Assembly: GCA_043821365.1 (NCBI GenBank)
Contig: JBDRCX010000006.1
Coordinates: 608,001-672,000 of the forward strand
Source: Candidatus Micrarchaeota archaeon
GTDB taxonomy: Archaea > Micrarchaeota > Micrarchaeia > Anstonellales > Bilamarchaeaceae
Length of the DNA: 64,000 nt
Reading direction: 5' to 3'
In this document: positions 19,320 through 28,805 of the stretch, one piece after another
How the letters are laid out: each line of letters begins with the position of its first letter
Numbering within the stretch: the first letter of the stretch is position 1
Made by a program: the position numbers and the translations under genes
The notes under the pieces: model-generated
Told to the model about the DNA's origin: nothing
Database searches by the model: none
Seen by the model: only the letters and a program-made list of their open reading frames with translations

Positions 19320-20849
19320 CTATATTTTGAAATCCCAGTCTTTTCCTTTCTTTACTGCGCTGAGTATCTCATCTGTATTAGTATAATAATTGGAAACAAT
19401 GTGGCCAACCTGGTCAACACCATCATAGCCTTTTTTGGTCATCCAATCCAATACTCCCATCTTTTCAGTTATGTCTTCTTCTATTTCTTTTTCTCCCATT
19501 CCAGAATACAACATAAGAGTATCTACCAAACTGCTCATTTTCTGTACTCCCTTTGTCTTATCACTCTTAACATCCCATCTGAACAAAACATTTGTTCCTC
19601 CTTTTTTAGTTACTTCTGCAAATTCCAAAATTCTTCTAATTCCAAATCTTCTGTGTCTAAAGGTAACCACTATTCCAGACAAAGCATCAAGCATTTCATG
19701 AGGTATGTTGATTGGTGGGTTTGTTAATCTTGATATTGTTTGTTCTGCATTATCTGCGTGTAGTGTTGCATAAACACTGTGACCTGTGTGCATAGCTTCA
19801 AACATAACTTCAGCTTCTTCTTGCCTTCTGATTTCCCCGACAAGTATACGATCTGGTCTTTGACGAAGTGCATTGACCATAAGATCAAGCATTTTTACTT
19901 CTCCTTTTCCTTCTGGGTTTGGTTCACGTACAACCATTGGTACCCAATGCAAGAATGATGGTAAAGTTAATTCTCTAGTGTCTTCTATTGTAACAATACG
20001 CTGATTTGCAGGTATAAGACCTGCCATGGCATTTAAGAAAGATGTTTTACCGCTTCCAGTTCCTCCAGTTACAAGTAAAGAAAGTTCATTCTGCATACAA
20101 AGCCAGATAAGTCCAGCCACATCGCTTGTAACTGTTTTTGACTTCAGGAAACTTGTAATTGTCCACGGGTTTCTTGAGAATTTTCTGATTGTTATGGTGT
20201 TTCCAAAAGATGAAATTGGGAATAATGTTGCGTTTACACGGTCACCTGTTGGAAGATGCGCATCAAGCATTGGATTTAGAGTGTTTATCTGTCTTCCTAT
20301 TTTTCTTGCAATCATGGATGCATAATCATAAACCATCTCTTCATTCTTTATTTTGAGATTGGTTTTACACCATCCAAATTTCTTGTGAAAAACCCATACA
20401 GGATCCCTTGAGTTATTGATAACTACTTCTTCAAGTTGTTCATCTGCAAGTAGTGCTTCTATTTCACCAAGTCCAAGTGTTTTTTGAAGCAAATAAACTG
20501 CAAGTATCTCCTTTTTGTCTTCTGGTAATGATGGGAAGTTCCTACTTAGGATTCTTTTTGCAGCATCTAAGAATTTTGCCTTTACTTCATCGAATTTTTT
20601 TGGATCTAGAATTTCACTAATGTCGAGTTTAACTTCAGTTACTAATTCTCCTTTCAGTTTTGTTTCTAGTATTAATTTTGTTCCTTCTGCTATACCAGGA
20701 ATGCTAATTTCATATCTTGGTACATATCCTCCTGTTTTGAATATTTTTACTTCAATTGGTAGTTTTTCACTTGTAAAATTATATGATTCAAGTATTGTAA
20801 CTTTTGATTTACCATCTTCATCAGATTTTTTAGTATCGTCTTTCGGCAT
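19320..20849 (-). CDS. Type IV pilus assembly ATPase (FlaI/TadA/VirB11 family)
   Basis: Walker A GGTGSGKTS, TIEDTREL, ALRQRPDRILVGEIR, MHTGHSVYATLHA. Confidence 0.95.
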   Translation of the reverse strand: MPKDDTKKSDEDGKSKVTILESYNFTSEKLPIEVKIFKTGGYVPRYEISIPGIAEGTKLILETKLKGELVTEVKLDISEILDPKKFDEVKAKFLDAAKRILSRNFPSLPEDKKEILAVYLLQKTLGLGEIEALLADEQLEEVVINNSRDPVWVFHKKFGWCKTNLKIKNEEMVYDYASMIARKIGRQINTLNPMLDAHLPTGDRVNATLFPISSFGNTITIRKFSRNPWTITSFLKSKTVTSDVAGLIWLCMQNELSLLVTGGTGSGKTSFLNAMAGLIPANQRIVTIEDTRELTLPSFLHWVPMVVREPNPEGKGEVKMLDLMVNALRQRPDRILVGEIRRQEEAEVMFEAMHTGHSVYATLHADNAEQTISRLTNPPINIPHEMLDALSGIVVTFRHRRFGIRRILEFAEVTKKGGTNVLFRWDVKSDKTKGVQKMSSLVDTLMLYSGMGEKEIEEDITEKMGVLDWMTKKGYDGVDQVGHIVSNYYTNTDEILSAVKKGKDWDFKI

Positions 20850-20882
20850 AGCATCACCATATGTATTTATTCTATATCTTTT

Positions 20883-22601
20883 TTATTCCTCCCATAATTT
20901 CTGGATGAGCTTTTTGAGCTCTTCCCTCTTCATTCTGAACTCACGTTCCTCGTCTTCACTGAGTTCTAGCTGTTGTCTTACGCTCTTTTCTTTATCTTCT
21001 TTTGTTTCAGCTCCCTCAACAATTTCAGTTGCAGTTGGTGCTGTTGAATATCTTATCTCAAGTAATTTTGCTTCTTTCGAAAGCAATGTTGCTCTCTTAT
21101 TGAGGTTCTCAGATGTATTTGTAAGGTCATCAAATGTTTTCTTTACATCCTCAAGCATCTTTTTCTTCTGTTTTATGTCCTGGGCAATTTTTACCATATC
21201 GCCCATTTTACTATCCTCGCTGAGTGATGCTTCAAGGTTTTTTGCTTCTGTTTTTATTGATTTGATCTGTTCCCTTGTATCATCCCTTATCTTTACTATC
21301 CTCTGTTCCATTGTATCTAGTTGAGTTTGATACCCTTCAAGTGAAGGTACAATCCTTTCCTTTATCTTCTGGAATGTTAGGTAGGTTCCTTTTTCTTCAT
21401 TTAATGTGGCCTCGAGTCCTTCCATATCCTGCTTTGTCTGTTCTATTTTATCTTCAAGGACTTTCATTAATTCTGAAGCTTGTTTTGCAGTAACTTGTTT
21501 TCCCCCTACAGCTTCCATTATCTTGTTTAATGATTCATTTTTCTCTAATATTGCATTTTCTTCTGTCTTGAGTTTTTCAAGTTCAGTCATAACACTTTCT
21601 TGTGTTGGGAATTTCTTCAGAATATTCTTTGCAACATCTACTGACGTTCCTAATCTTTCCATCAAATTAAGGTTCTGCTTTGCTTCTTTGGATAGCTTAT
21701 TTGTCCTTTCAGTTATCCTATCTGTTTCCTCTGATATTTGCTGTGCTTCTTTTCTTAAAGTCTCTATTCTTTCTTCCTGACCCATAATTGATTCTGCAAC
21801 TGTCTTTAGTATTTCAGAGCTTTCATGTAGGCTCAACATGTCTTCTCTTACTTGCGCATTTTTTGCCCTCAATGAACCAAAGTCTTTTTGTATGGTTTCG
21901 AATTTCTTTTTGATATCCTTGATAGTAGGTAAATTTATCTCATCTGATCCTTGCTGAAGTGCCATCTTTTTGTTAAGCTCTTCAAGTTTTTGTCTGATCT
22001 CATCTATTTCTTTGTTGTTTGTTTGTATTTTCCCAAGCAAATCTTCACTTACTGCGGTTTTTCCTATACCAACACTACTAACTTCTTTTCTAACATCCGT
22101 GAGAGCTAGTTTTGTCTCTGTTAATTTAGCTTCAATTGTTGCCAGTTCACTTGTGTATTTGGATAGTGCCTCGTCAGACAATGCCTTAGCAGCAGGAACG
22201 GGGGAAACTTTCTTCTCTAATTCTTCTACTTTGGCATACATCTTTGCATAGAATTCTGCGAATGATATTTGCAAACTAGTAAGCTCTTTGGCATCTCCGG
22301 CAATCTTTTGTTTGAATTTTTCAACTTGTGTTTCAATGTCTTTTTTTTCTTCGTAAAAAGACTGTTTTTCTGATACTATTTCGTCTTCAGTTGGTTTTAC
22401 CCAAGAAAAATAAACTTTGGTAAGTCGGTATTCAATCTTTAGTATGTTTTCCTCTTCAAGAACACGTGCCCACTCTTCAAGTGTCTCCTGTGGAATATTA
22501 AGAACATTTGATGCATCTTCTAGTTCGATCCTTTGTTTATCCTTTACTAGACGTACAAGTGCATCAACACCTGTAGTTATTAGTAATTCGTCGAACTCCA
22601 T
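20883..22601 (-). CDS. N-terminal winged-helix plus long coiled-coil protein
   Basis: TGVDALVRLV...LEDASNVLNIPQETLEEWARVLEEENIL (HTH-like) followed by about 480 aa of heptad-rich sequence. Confidence 0.8.
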   Translation of the reverse strand: MEFDELLITTGVDALVRLVKDKQRIELEDASNVLNIPQETLEEWARVLEEENILKIEYRLTKVYFSWVKPTEDEIVSEKQSFYEEKKDIETQVEKFKQKIAGDAKELTSLQISFAEFYAKMYAKVEELEKKVSPVPAAKALSDEALSKYTSELATIEAKLTETKLALTDVRKEVSSVGIGKTAVSEDLLGKIQTNNKEIDEIRQKLEELNKKMALQQGSDEINLPTIKDIKKKFETIQKDFGSLRAKNAQVREDMLSLHESSEILKTVAESIMGQEERIETLRKEAQQISEETDRITERTNKLSKEAKQNLNLMERLGTSVDVAKNILKKFPTQESVMTELEKLKTEENAILEKNESLNKIMEAVGGKQVTAKQASELMKVLEDKIEQTKQDMEGLEATLNEEKGTYLTFQKIKERIVPSLEGYQTQLDTMEQRIVKIRDDTREQIKSIKTEAKNLEASLSEDSKMGDMVKIAQDIKQKKKMLEDVKKTFDDLTNTSENLNKRATLLSKEAKLLEIRYSTAPTATEIVEGAETKEDKEKSVRQQLELSEDEEREFRMKREELKKLIQKLWEE

Positions 22602-22658
22602 GTGCTAATATAAATGACCTATGTTAATAAACATTTTGATGATTATTCTAGTGAATAA

Positions 22659-24086
22659 GTGGTTCTAATGCCAGATGGTCCAGATTATAAGATAAAAAAA
22701 CTTGAAAAAGGTCCACTCCAACGTTTCAAAAACCAAAATCTTCTAATAAAAAAATTCGGAGAGGTTGGGCTCCAGGTGTACAAAGCAATAACTGGCAAAA
22801 GAACGTCAAAAGAATTGAAGAAAGATCTTGGTATAGAAGCTGAACTCTTTGATCAAATTATTAGTTTTATGCATGATGCAGGGATGGTTGACCTTGAACC
22901 AATTGCAGGTAAAAAAGAAACTCCTGAAAAACCAAAGGAAATAGAAATAGAAGAACCAGAAGAACCATCCAAACCAGCCCGCAAATTAGAAGACATTCCA
23001 CCAGAAGAAGAAATTGAACTCGAGCCAGACATTCCTCCTCTTGAAGAACAACCAAAACAAACCACAAAGAAAAAGCCAAAGGAAGAAGTTGTTAGTGCTG
23101 TTGATGAAATTCAACCAATAACAATTGATGAATTTGATGAACCAGAACCTGCTAAAAAAGAAGAACCAGAAGAAGAACAAGATGAACAGGAAGAACAACC
23201 ACCGGAAGAGCCAGATGAAGTAGAACAACAAGATATAACTATCACTGCGTTTGAAGATGATACTGAAAAACCATCTTCTGAACCTGAATTAAGTCCAGTT
23301 GAAAAAATAATATCTGATAAATATGGTGATGTTGGGCTTCGTGTTTATGCACTTATAGATGGTCAAAGAACAGCAGAAGAAATTATGCGTGAAACTGGGC
23401 TTACTGAGCCAAAGCTTGTAGAAATTTTAGATTTCATGGATGAACAAGGAATAATAAAATTAGATTATCCAAAAGGTTCATCATCATCTCAGGCGAAATC
23501 TCCTTTTTCCGGCAGCACTTCAACAACCCAAACCAAACAAACACAACCAAAACCAGATTCTAATCAAGGTTTCAAACCAATATTTGATGTTAATCCAGAT
23601 GATGCCCAGTCAATTCCATCTCCAATAGAGATTCCAATGAAAGCACCTTTAGATATAATAAAATCAGTCCAGGCCAAAGCAAAAATTCTTCTAAAATATG
23701 GTGAGTCTGGGACTAAAATTTTAGAAAAACTTGATGGTAAAACAGATATTATTGACATCGCACTTAAGCTTGATATTCCACTTTACGAAGTTTCTGATAT
23801 TCTAAGATTCATGCTTGAGAATGGTATGCTCATAGTAAAACCAGTTTCTCGAGCAGATGTAAGGAAGAAATATGGTGATGATGGTTATTCTGTTTACAAA
23901 GTTTATGGTAAAGAAGGTCTCATGCTATATGAACTCATAGGTAAGGAACTTACAATTAGGCAGATGGCTGAAAAAATAACAAAAGACAAAGCTATGATAA
24001 TTGATATGTTCATCTTTATCCACAAAGTTCTTGGAATTGAACTCCCTATAGATAAAGAAGTTTTAGCAAAACAGCTTGACGTTTAA
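22659..24086 (+). CDS. Protein with four winged-helix-like repeats and an acidic Pro/Glu linker
   Basis: Repeats K(F/Y)G..G..VY....G.RT..E....G........I..FM...G; start may be the ATG at 22668. Confidence 0.75.
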   Translation: MVLMPDGPDYKIKKLEKGPLQRFKNQNLLIKKFGEVGLQVYKAITGKRTSKELKKDLGIEAELFDQIISFMHDAGMVDLEPIAGKKETPEKPKEIEIEEPEEPSKPARKLEDIPPEEEIELEPDIPPLEEQPKQTTKKKPKEEVVSAVDEIQPITIDEFDEPEPAKKEEPEEEQDEQEEQPPEEPDEVEQQDITITAFEDDTEKPSSEPELSPVEKIISDKYGDVGLRVYALIDGQRTAEEIMRETGLTEPKLVEILDFMDEQGIIKLDYPKGSSSSQAKSPFSGSTSTTQTKQTQPKPDSNQGFKPIFDVNPDDAQSIPSPIEIPMKAPLDIIKSVQAKAKILLKYGESGTKILEKLDGKTDIIDIALKLDIPLYEVSDILRFMLENGMLIVKPVSRADVRKKYGDDGYSVYKVYGKEGLMLYELIGKELTIRQMAEKITKDKAMIIDMFIFIHKVLGIELPIDKEVLAKQLDV

Positions 24087-24094
24087 TTTTATAA

Positions 24095-24487
24095 CTACTT
24101 AAGTCTTGAAAGTGATATTCTTTCCAATTGTAATGGCTCAGCTTTTTTGCTCAATCCAAGTTCAAGTTTCTTTACATTTAATTCTTTTAGTAATTCACTT
24201 CCATTCCCTGAAAAAATAATAATATAAAATTCGTTTCCATCTGATTTTGTTTCTTCAACTGCGCTTTTTATGTCTCGTTTTCCAGTTAGCCATAGCAAAA
24301 ATTCATATTTGAACTTGTTTGCAATATTTGTTTTATTCTTGAAAGCTTTTTTTGCCAGATATTCAGCAAGTTCAACTTCTTCTAAAGCATGAATTGCATC
24401 TAGTTTAATTGCAATTGCTTCGCTGTGTTCCAGTAATTTTGGTATTTCGGCAGCACCATAGCCACTACAAACCCTTAAAATGAGCAT
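24095..24487 (-). CDS. cgi121: KEOPS complex subunit Cgi121-like
   Basis: AEYLAKKAFKNKTNIANKFKYEFLLWLTGKRDIKSA matches the Cgi121 'A..AF..G.NIA.....E.LL..SG.RQI..A' pattern. Confidence 0.7.
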   Translation of the reverse strand: MLILRVCSGYGAAEIPKLLEHSEAIAIKLDAIHALEEVELAEYLAKKAFKNKTNIANKFKYEFLLWLTGKRDIKSAVEETKSDGNEFYIIIFSGNGSELLKELNVKKLELGLSKKAEPLQLERISLSRLK

Positions 24488-24581
24488 AAACTGTCATTAT
24501 CACAATGTTTTAAAATCCGTATCGTCTTAATAATTCCTGCTCATATTCTCAATTTTCTATTGAATAGAGTGAGGTAGTATA

Positions 24582-24962
24582 ATGGAACAATATCACAAAC
24601 CACATAATAAAAAAGTAGGAAGCGGCACAGGTGGTCGCAGACGTAAATATAAGGATAAGAAACTTTCCCACGGCGGTGGTGTTTTTTCAGCTACAAAAGT
24701 AGCAGACAAGGAACTGAAAAAACCATCAAGAGGCCGAGGTGGAACATACAGAACTAAATTGAAAAAAGCAGTTTTCATCAATGTTGTTAGTAAAGACAAA
24801 ATGAAAAAAGTCAAGATTTTGAAAGTTCTTTCAAGTCACAATCCCGAATTTGTTCGTATGAACATCATGACTAGGGGCGCAGTGGTTGAAACAGAACTTG
24901 GTAAAGTAAAAATAACAAATCGCATTGGTCAGGACGGCGTAATTAACGGCGTTTTAGTTTGA
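24582..24962 (+). CDS. rps8e: 30S ribosomal protein S8e
   Basis: GTGGRRRKYKDKK, RGRGG..., NPEFVRMNIMTRGAVVETELGKVKITNRIGQDGVINGVL. Confidence 0.95.
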   Translation: MEQYHKPHNKKVGSGTGGRRRKYKDKKLSHGGGVFSATKVADKELKKPSRGRGGTYRTKLKKAVFINVVSKDKMKKVKILKVLSSHNPEFVRMNIMTRGAVVETELGKVKITNRIGQDGVINGVLV

Positions 24963-24990
24963 TTCAAAGAACCTACGGTTCTTTGTAATC
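24961..24990 (+). terminator. Hairpin followed by a T tract after rps8e
   Basis: CAAAGAACC-TAC-GGTTCTTTG, then CTCCCTTTTTTT. Confidence 0.45.
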
Positions 24991-24999
24991 TCCCTTTTT

Positions 25000-26028
25000 T
25001 TGGGTGTAATCATCAAAAAATATGATGTTGTAATAGTAGGCGGAGGCCCTGGAGGTCTTTCCTGCGCCCGTCATCTTTCTAATTCTGGTTTAAAAGTATT
25101 AGTTTTAGAGAAAAATAACATTCTTGGGAAGAAAATCTGTTCTGGCGAGGTTTCCTCAAAAACTTTTCCTGGAGTTACTTTCAAAAACGAACAAACATGG
25201 AAGACTGTAGTTGTTGGAACTCATAAAGGCACCGTACCAGTTAGTTATGATCGTCCATTTCTATGGACAGTTGGAAGATTTGAACTTGAAACTTTTTTGA
25301 AAAATAATTCTGATGGGGTTGTTCATTTTTCTGAACCAGTTGTTGAAATAACTAAAGACTATGTTGTTACTTCTAAAGCAAAATATAAGTACAAATATTT
25401 GGTTGGCGCAGACGGTTCATTTTCCAAAGTCCGCGAGTTTCTGAAACTTCCAATGAAGCATGTTGTTGGTTGGGCATTTCATTTTTTAATCAATAAACCA
25501 TCAGATCGCTTTGCAGTTTATTGGCTTCCTAAAATCTTTCCAAGAGGCTACGGCTATGTTATGTCGAAGAATCTGAACCAAACCATGATTGGCGGCGCAA
25601 TTGGAGAACCAGATTCAATGCAAAAACTTGCTCCAAGAGTTAAAGAGTGGGTTGTGAAAGAATTCAATCTTGATATTACTAAATTAAAATCAGAAGGTAT
25701 GTGTGGAAATGCTGATTTCAGAGGATGGAAATTTGGTAATATATTTTTAGTTGGGGATGCTGCGGGTCTTTTGAATCCAGTAACTACTGAAGGGATATAC
25801 TATGCAGTAAAAAGTGGTGAGGGCGTTGCCAAATTTATTCTTGAAAATCCTGAAGGAAAGAAAATAATGGAAAAAATGACAAACACCCACAAAGCTCAAG
25901 TGCTTCTTTTTGATATTGCAAACATTTGGCCAATTTGCTGGATTGTTCACTGGATATTAGAAAATCCAAAAGGTTTTCTCAGAAGTAAAATCTTCAATTA
26001 TGTATTTTGGAAATTCATGGACCACTAG
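25000..26028 (+). CDS. Geranylgeranyl-reductase-family FAD-dependent oxidoreductase
   Basis: DVVIVGGGPGG, KICSG, LVGADG, GYGYV, FLVGDAAGLLNPVTTEGIYYA. Confidence 0.85.
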   Translation: MGVIIKKYDVVIVGGGPGGLSCARHLSNSGLKVLVLEKNNILGKKICSGEVSSKTFPGVTFKNEQTWKTVVVGTHKGTVPVSYDRPFLWTVGRFELETFLKNNSDGVVHFSEPVVEITKDYVVTSKAKYKYKYLVGADGSFSKVREFLKLPMKHVVGWAFHFLINKPSDRFAVYWLPKIFPRGYGYVMSKNLNQTMIGGAIGEPDSMQKLAPRVKEWVVKEFNLDITKLKSEGMCGNADFRGWKFGNIFLVGDAAGLLNPVTTEGIYYAVKSGEGVAKFILENPEGKKIMEKMTNTHKAQVLLFDIANIWPICWIVHWILENPKGFLRSKIFNYVFWKFMDH

Positions 26029-26290
26029 TTAAACTAATGGACTGCATTGATTCCAGTTCAAGAAATACACTACTCTTCTTCAGCAAATTTCTTTATTGCT
26101 TCAAAATTTTCCACAATAAGTTTTGCTTTTTTCTTCCCAAAACTAAATGGGTATGTATCGTCTTCGCTTCTCTTAAGAACTATCAATTTATTTCCTTTAT
26201 ATTCACTATATTCTATCATATTTACACCTCTTTGAAAAAATATTTATACTTAATGCATATTTAAATCTGTTTTGAAACATAAAGTACAAC

Positions 26291-27748
26291 ATGGGAGGAC
26301 GTAAACTATCTGGTGGTAAAGCTGACAAGACAATTGTTCCGCTAGGTACAGTAGATACTAAAGCCAGTTTACTGTCTCCTGCATCAAGATTTGCAGCCTC
26401 GCCAGAAGTTGACATGATGCCTCCGCGATCTTCTGTTGTGGTTGTGGATCCTCTTATTGGAAAATCAATTAATCAGTATGACATTGTTGATTATGTTGGT
26501 TGTGGCGGTATGGGTATGGTTTACAAGGCCAAAGACCCATCTGATCCAGATAAATTTCTTGCACTAAAACTCATGCACCCTCATTTGTCTGCTCTTGAAT
26601 CTGCTCGGAGAATGTTTTTCAGAGAAATAAAAACTTCAGCAAGAATTGATCATCCAAATGTTGTAACAGTCCATGATTTTGATGAATTCAATCACCAGCT
26701 TTACCTTGTTATGGATTTTATAAAAGGGGCTGATTTAAATAACCACATTCATCAAAACGGTCCAGTTAGTTTAGCCCAAGCATTAAGCATTGCAGTTCAA
26801 ATTTGTGATGGAATGGCAGCTGCACATGGGAATAATGTTGTGCATAGAGATCTTAAACTTGAAAATATTATCCTTGCAGATGATCCATCCAGTCCAAGGG
26901 TTAAAATTGTTGATATGGGCTTAGCTAAGATCTTCGATGCTAATTCAGTGCAAGGTGATGGTGTAACAAGTCCGGGGGTTGTGAAAGGAACTCCAGAATA
27001 TATGTCGCCTGAGGCATTTACTGGAGGTAGATTAGATCACAGAACTGATATCTATTCCATAGGAGTAATCCTGTACTATCTTGTTTGCAATCAATTTCCA
27101 TTTGTATCAAAATCCGATCGAAATGATCCTGAAGGTGCATTGCAAATTGGAATGAAAGTTCTTGAAGGTAAATTTAAGCATCCAATTGAAGTTGATCCTT
27201 CAATTGCAAAAACACTCAATAACATCATACTCAAAGCATTAGCAAGAAAAGCAGATGACAGATACCAGACAGCCAGGGAATTTCGTGATGCTATTGTTAA
27301 TTACGCAACAGCAGCTAAAATTCCTCTTGATTTGCCAGATTTTCCAATTCCTGAAATGCCAGCTCCATTGGTAGTTGTAAAACATAGAGCACCTAGGTCA
27401 TTGTGGTTGGCAATAGGTGTCTTATCATTTGCACTTACTGGGTTACTTACTTGGGGACATTTTGAAAAACCAAGACCACAACCACCAATACCAGCAGAAA
27501 GAGTTCAGGAAAAACCATACAATGTTTTCATAAATACAAATCCAGGTGGTGCTCTTGTTGAAATGCATGAAACTGCAACTGATGGTACTGTTTGGCTTAG
27601 GAATGTCGGAGAGACTCCAATCAGAAATGAATTTGTTGGTAAACAGACTCTTGTAATATCCATTCCTGGGTATCACCCTAAATATATTGATATTGATCCA
27701 AGCAATAATCAGTTTCCAGATCTAGTTATGCAACCAATTCAAAAATAA
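26291..27748 (+). CDS. Hanks-type membrane Ser/Thr protein kinase with a C-terminal PEGA-like domain
   Basis: GCGGMGMVYKA, ALK, HPNVV, HRDLKLENI, DMGLAK, GTPEYMSPE, DIYSIGV; one TM (LWLAIGVLSFALTGLLTW); VFINTNPGGALV PEGA-like start. Confidence 0.92.
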   Translation: MGGRKLSGGKADKTIVPLGTVDTKASLLSPASRFAASPEVDMMPPRSSVVVVDPLIGKSINQYDIVDYVGCGGMGMVYKAKDPSDPDKFLALKLMHPHLSALESARRMFFREIKTSARIDHPNVVTVHDFDEFNHQLYLVMDFIKGADLNNHIHQNGPVSLAQALSIAVQICDGMAAAHGNNVVHRDLKLENIILADDPSSPRVKIVDMGLAKIFDANSVQGDGVTSPGVVKGTPEYMSPEAFTGGRLDHRTDIYSIGVILYYLVCNQFPFVSKSDRNDPEGALQIGMKVLEGKFKHPIEVDPSIAKTLNNIILKALARKADDRYQTAREFRDAIVNYATAAKIPLDLPDFPIPEMPAPLVVVKHRAPRSLWLAIGVLSFALTGLLTWGHFEKPRPQPPIPAERVQEKPYNVFINTNPGGALVEMHETATDGTVWLRNVGETPIRNEFVGKQTLVISIPGYHPKYIDIDPSNNQFPDLVMQPIQK

Positions 27749-27794
27749 CCAAAGGTTTATTTTATTTATTATTGATTAGTCATTGGCGATCCCC

Positions 27795-28805
27795 ATGTCA
27801 GATGATCCAAAAAGAACAACAGGTACTGGTGACCTGGTAGGAGGTCCAACAGAGGTTCAAAAACCACCAGAATTTCAACAATTGATGAAACCTGATACTA
27901 TTGCTCCAAGGCAAGAACCATTACGTACTTTTAAAGTTACTGTACCTAGAAATGAAGATCGTAATCATGATACTACCTTTGTTATTCAAGGAAGGTCAAC
28001 ACCTGGTGATTTGCAAACATTATTACAAAGTCATGAACTAGCTACTAGACCAGAAGGAGAATTCAAATGCCAGATAGTTGAAAGAAGTACTGGGAGAAGG
28101 TATGATGTTAACCTTGATACTGTTATTGCATATGTTGGCGGACACCAAGTGTCAGTTGAAAGAACAATAACTGAAGCAGATAGATTTGCAAGTGCAAGAA
28201 GTTGGACTGCAAGGAAATCCGTTGATGTTGCAGGAATACAAAAAATGCTTGGAGATTTAGGATATCTTACTCAAGCTCAACAATCAGGTACATTTGATAT
28301 CACTACTTATCGTGCAGTTCGAAAATTCCAAACTGATCATAATCTTGGAGTTGATGGAATGTTTGGGCCACAAACACTTGCTGCTGCAACAAATATGGTT
28401 GGTTCAATATCAGCTCCACCAGCTGAAACAACAGTTCAGATGACTCCAGATCCACAGGTTTGTGATACGTCTGATTTTTTTGAATTCAGAGAATCAAAAG
28501 TTAGTCCAGGTACAAGAAGGGGTACAGTGACCACAACTTCTGGGGATGCAGTCGCACCATCAGTTTCAACAGCTAAAGTTTCTCCACCTGCACGTGAAAC
28601 AACAGTTGCATCTGGCAGTTATCATGGTAAAGTGACTGCACACTACGGGGATCTAACTTCTACAGGCAGACAACATGGTTCTGGTGTTGTTGGATCTGGA
28701 GATGTAAATTCCTCTGGCGATCATCATACAACAGTTATTCAAAGCGGAACTTACCGTGGTAAAATAGCGCAGAGAAAAAGAGAGGATGAAGAAGAAGGAA
28801 CTTAA
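27795..28805 (+). CDS. Protein with a PG_binding_1 (peptidoglycan-binding-like) domain and a low-complexity Thr/Ser/Gly tail
   Basis: DVAGIQKMLGDLGY...GTFDITTYRAVRKFQTDHNLGVDGMFGPQTLAA; start taken as the ATG at 27795. Confidence 0.8.
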   Translation: MSDDPKRTTGTGDLVGGPTEVQKPPEFQQLMKPDTIAPRQEPLRTFKVTVPRNEDRNHDTTFVIQGRSTPGDLQTLLQSHELATRPEGEFKCQIVERSTGRRYDVNLDTVIAYVGGHQVSVERTITEADRFASARSWTARKSVDVAGIQKMLGDLGYLTQAQQSGTFDITTYRAVRKFQTDHNLGVDGMFGPQTLAAATNMVGSISAPPAETTVQMTPDPQVCDTSDFFEFRESKVSPGTRRGTVTTTSGDAVAPSVSTAKVSPPARETTVASGSYHGKVTAHYGDLTSTGRQHGSGVVGSGDVNSSGDHHTTVIQSGTYRGKIAQRKREDEEEGT

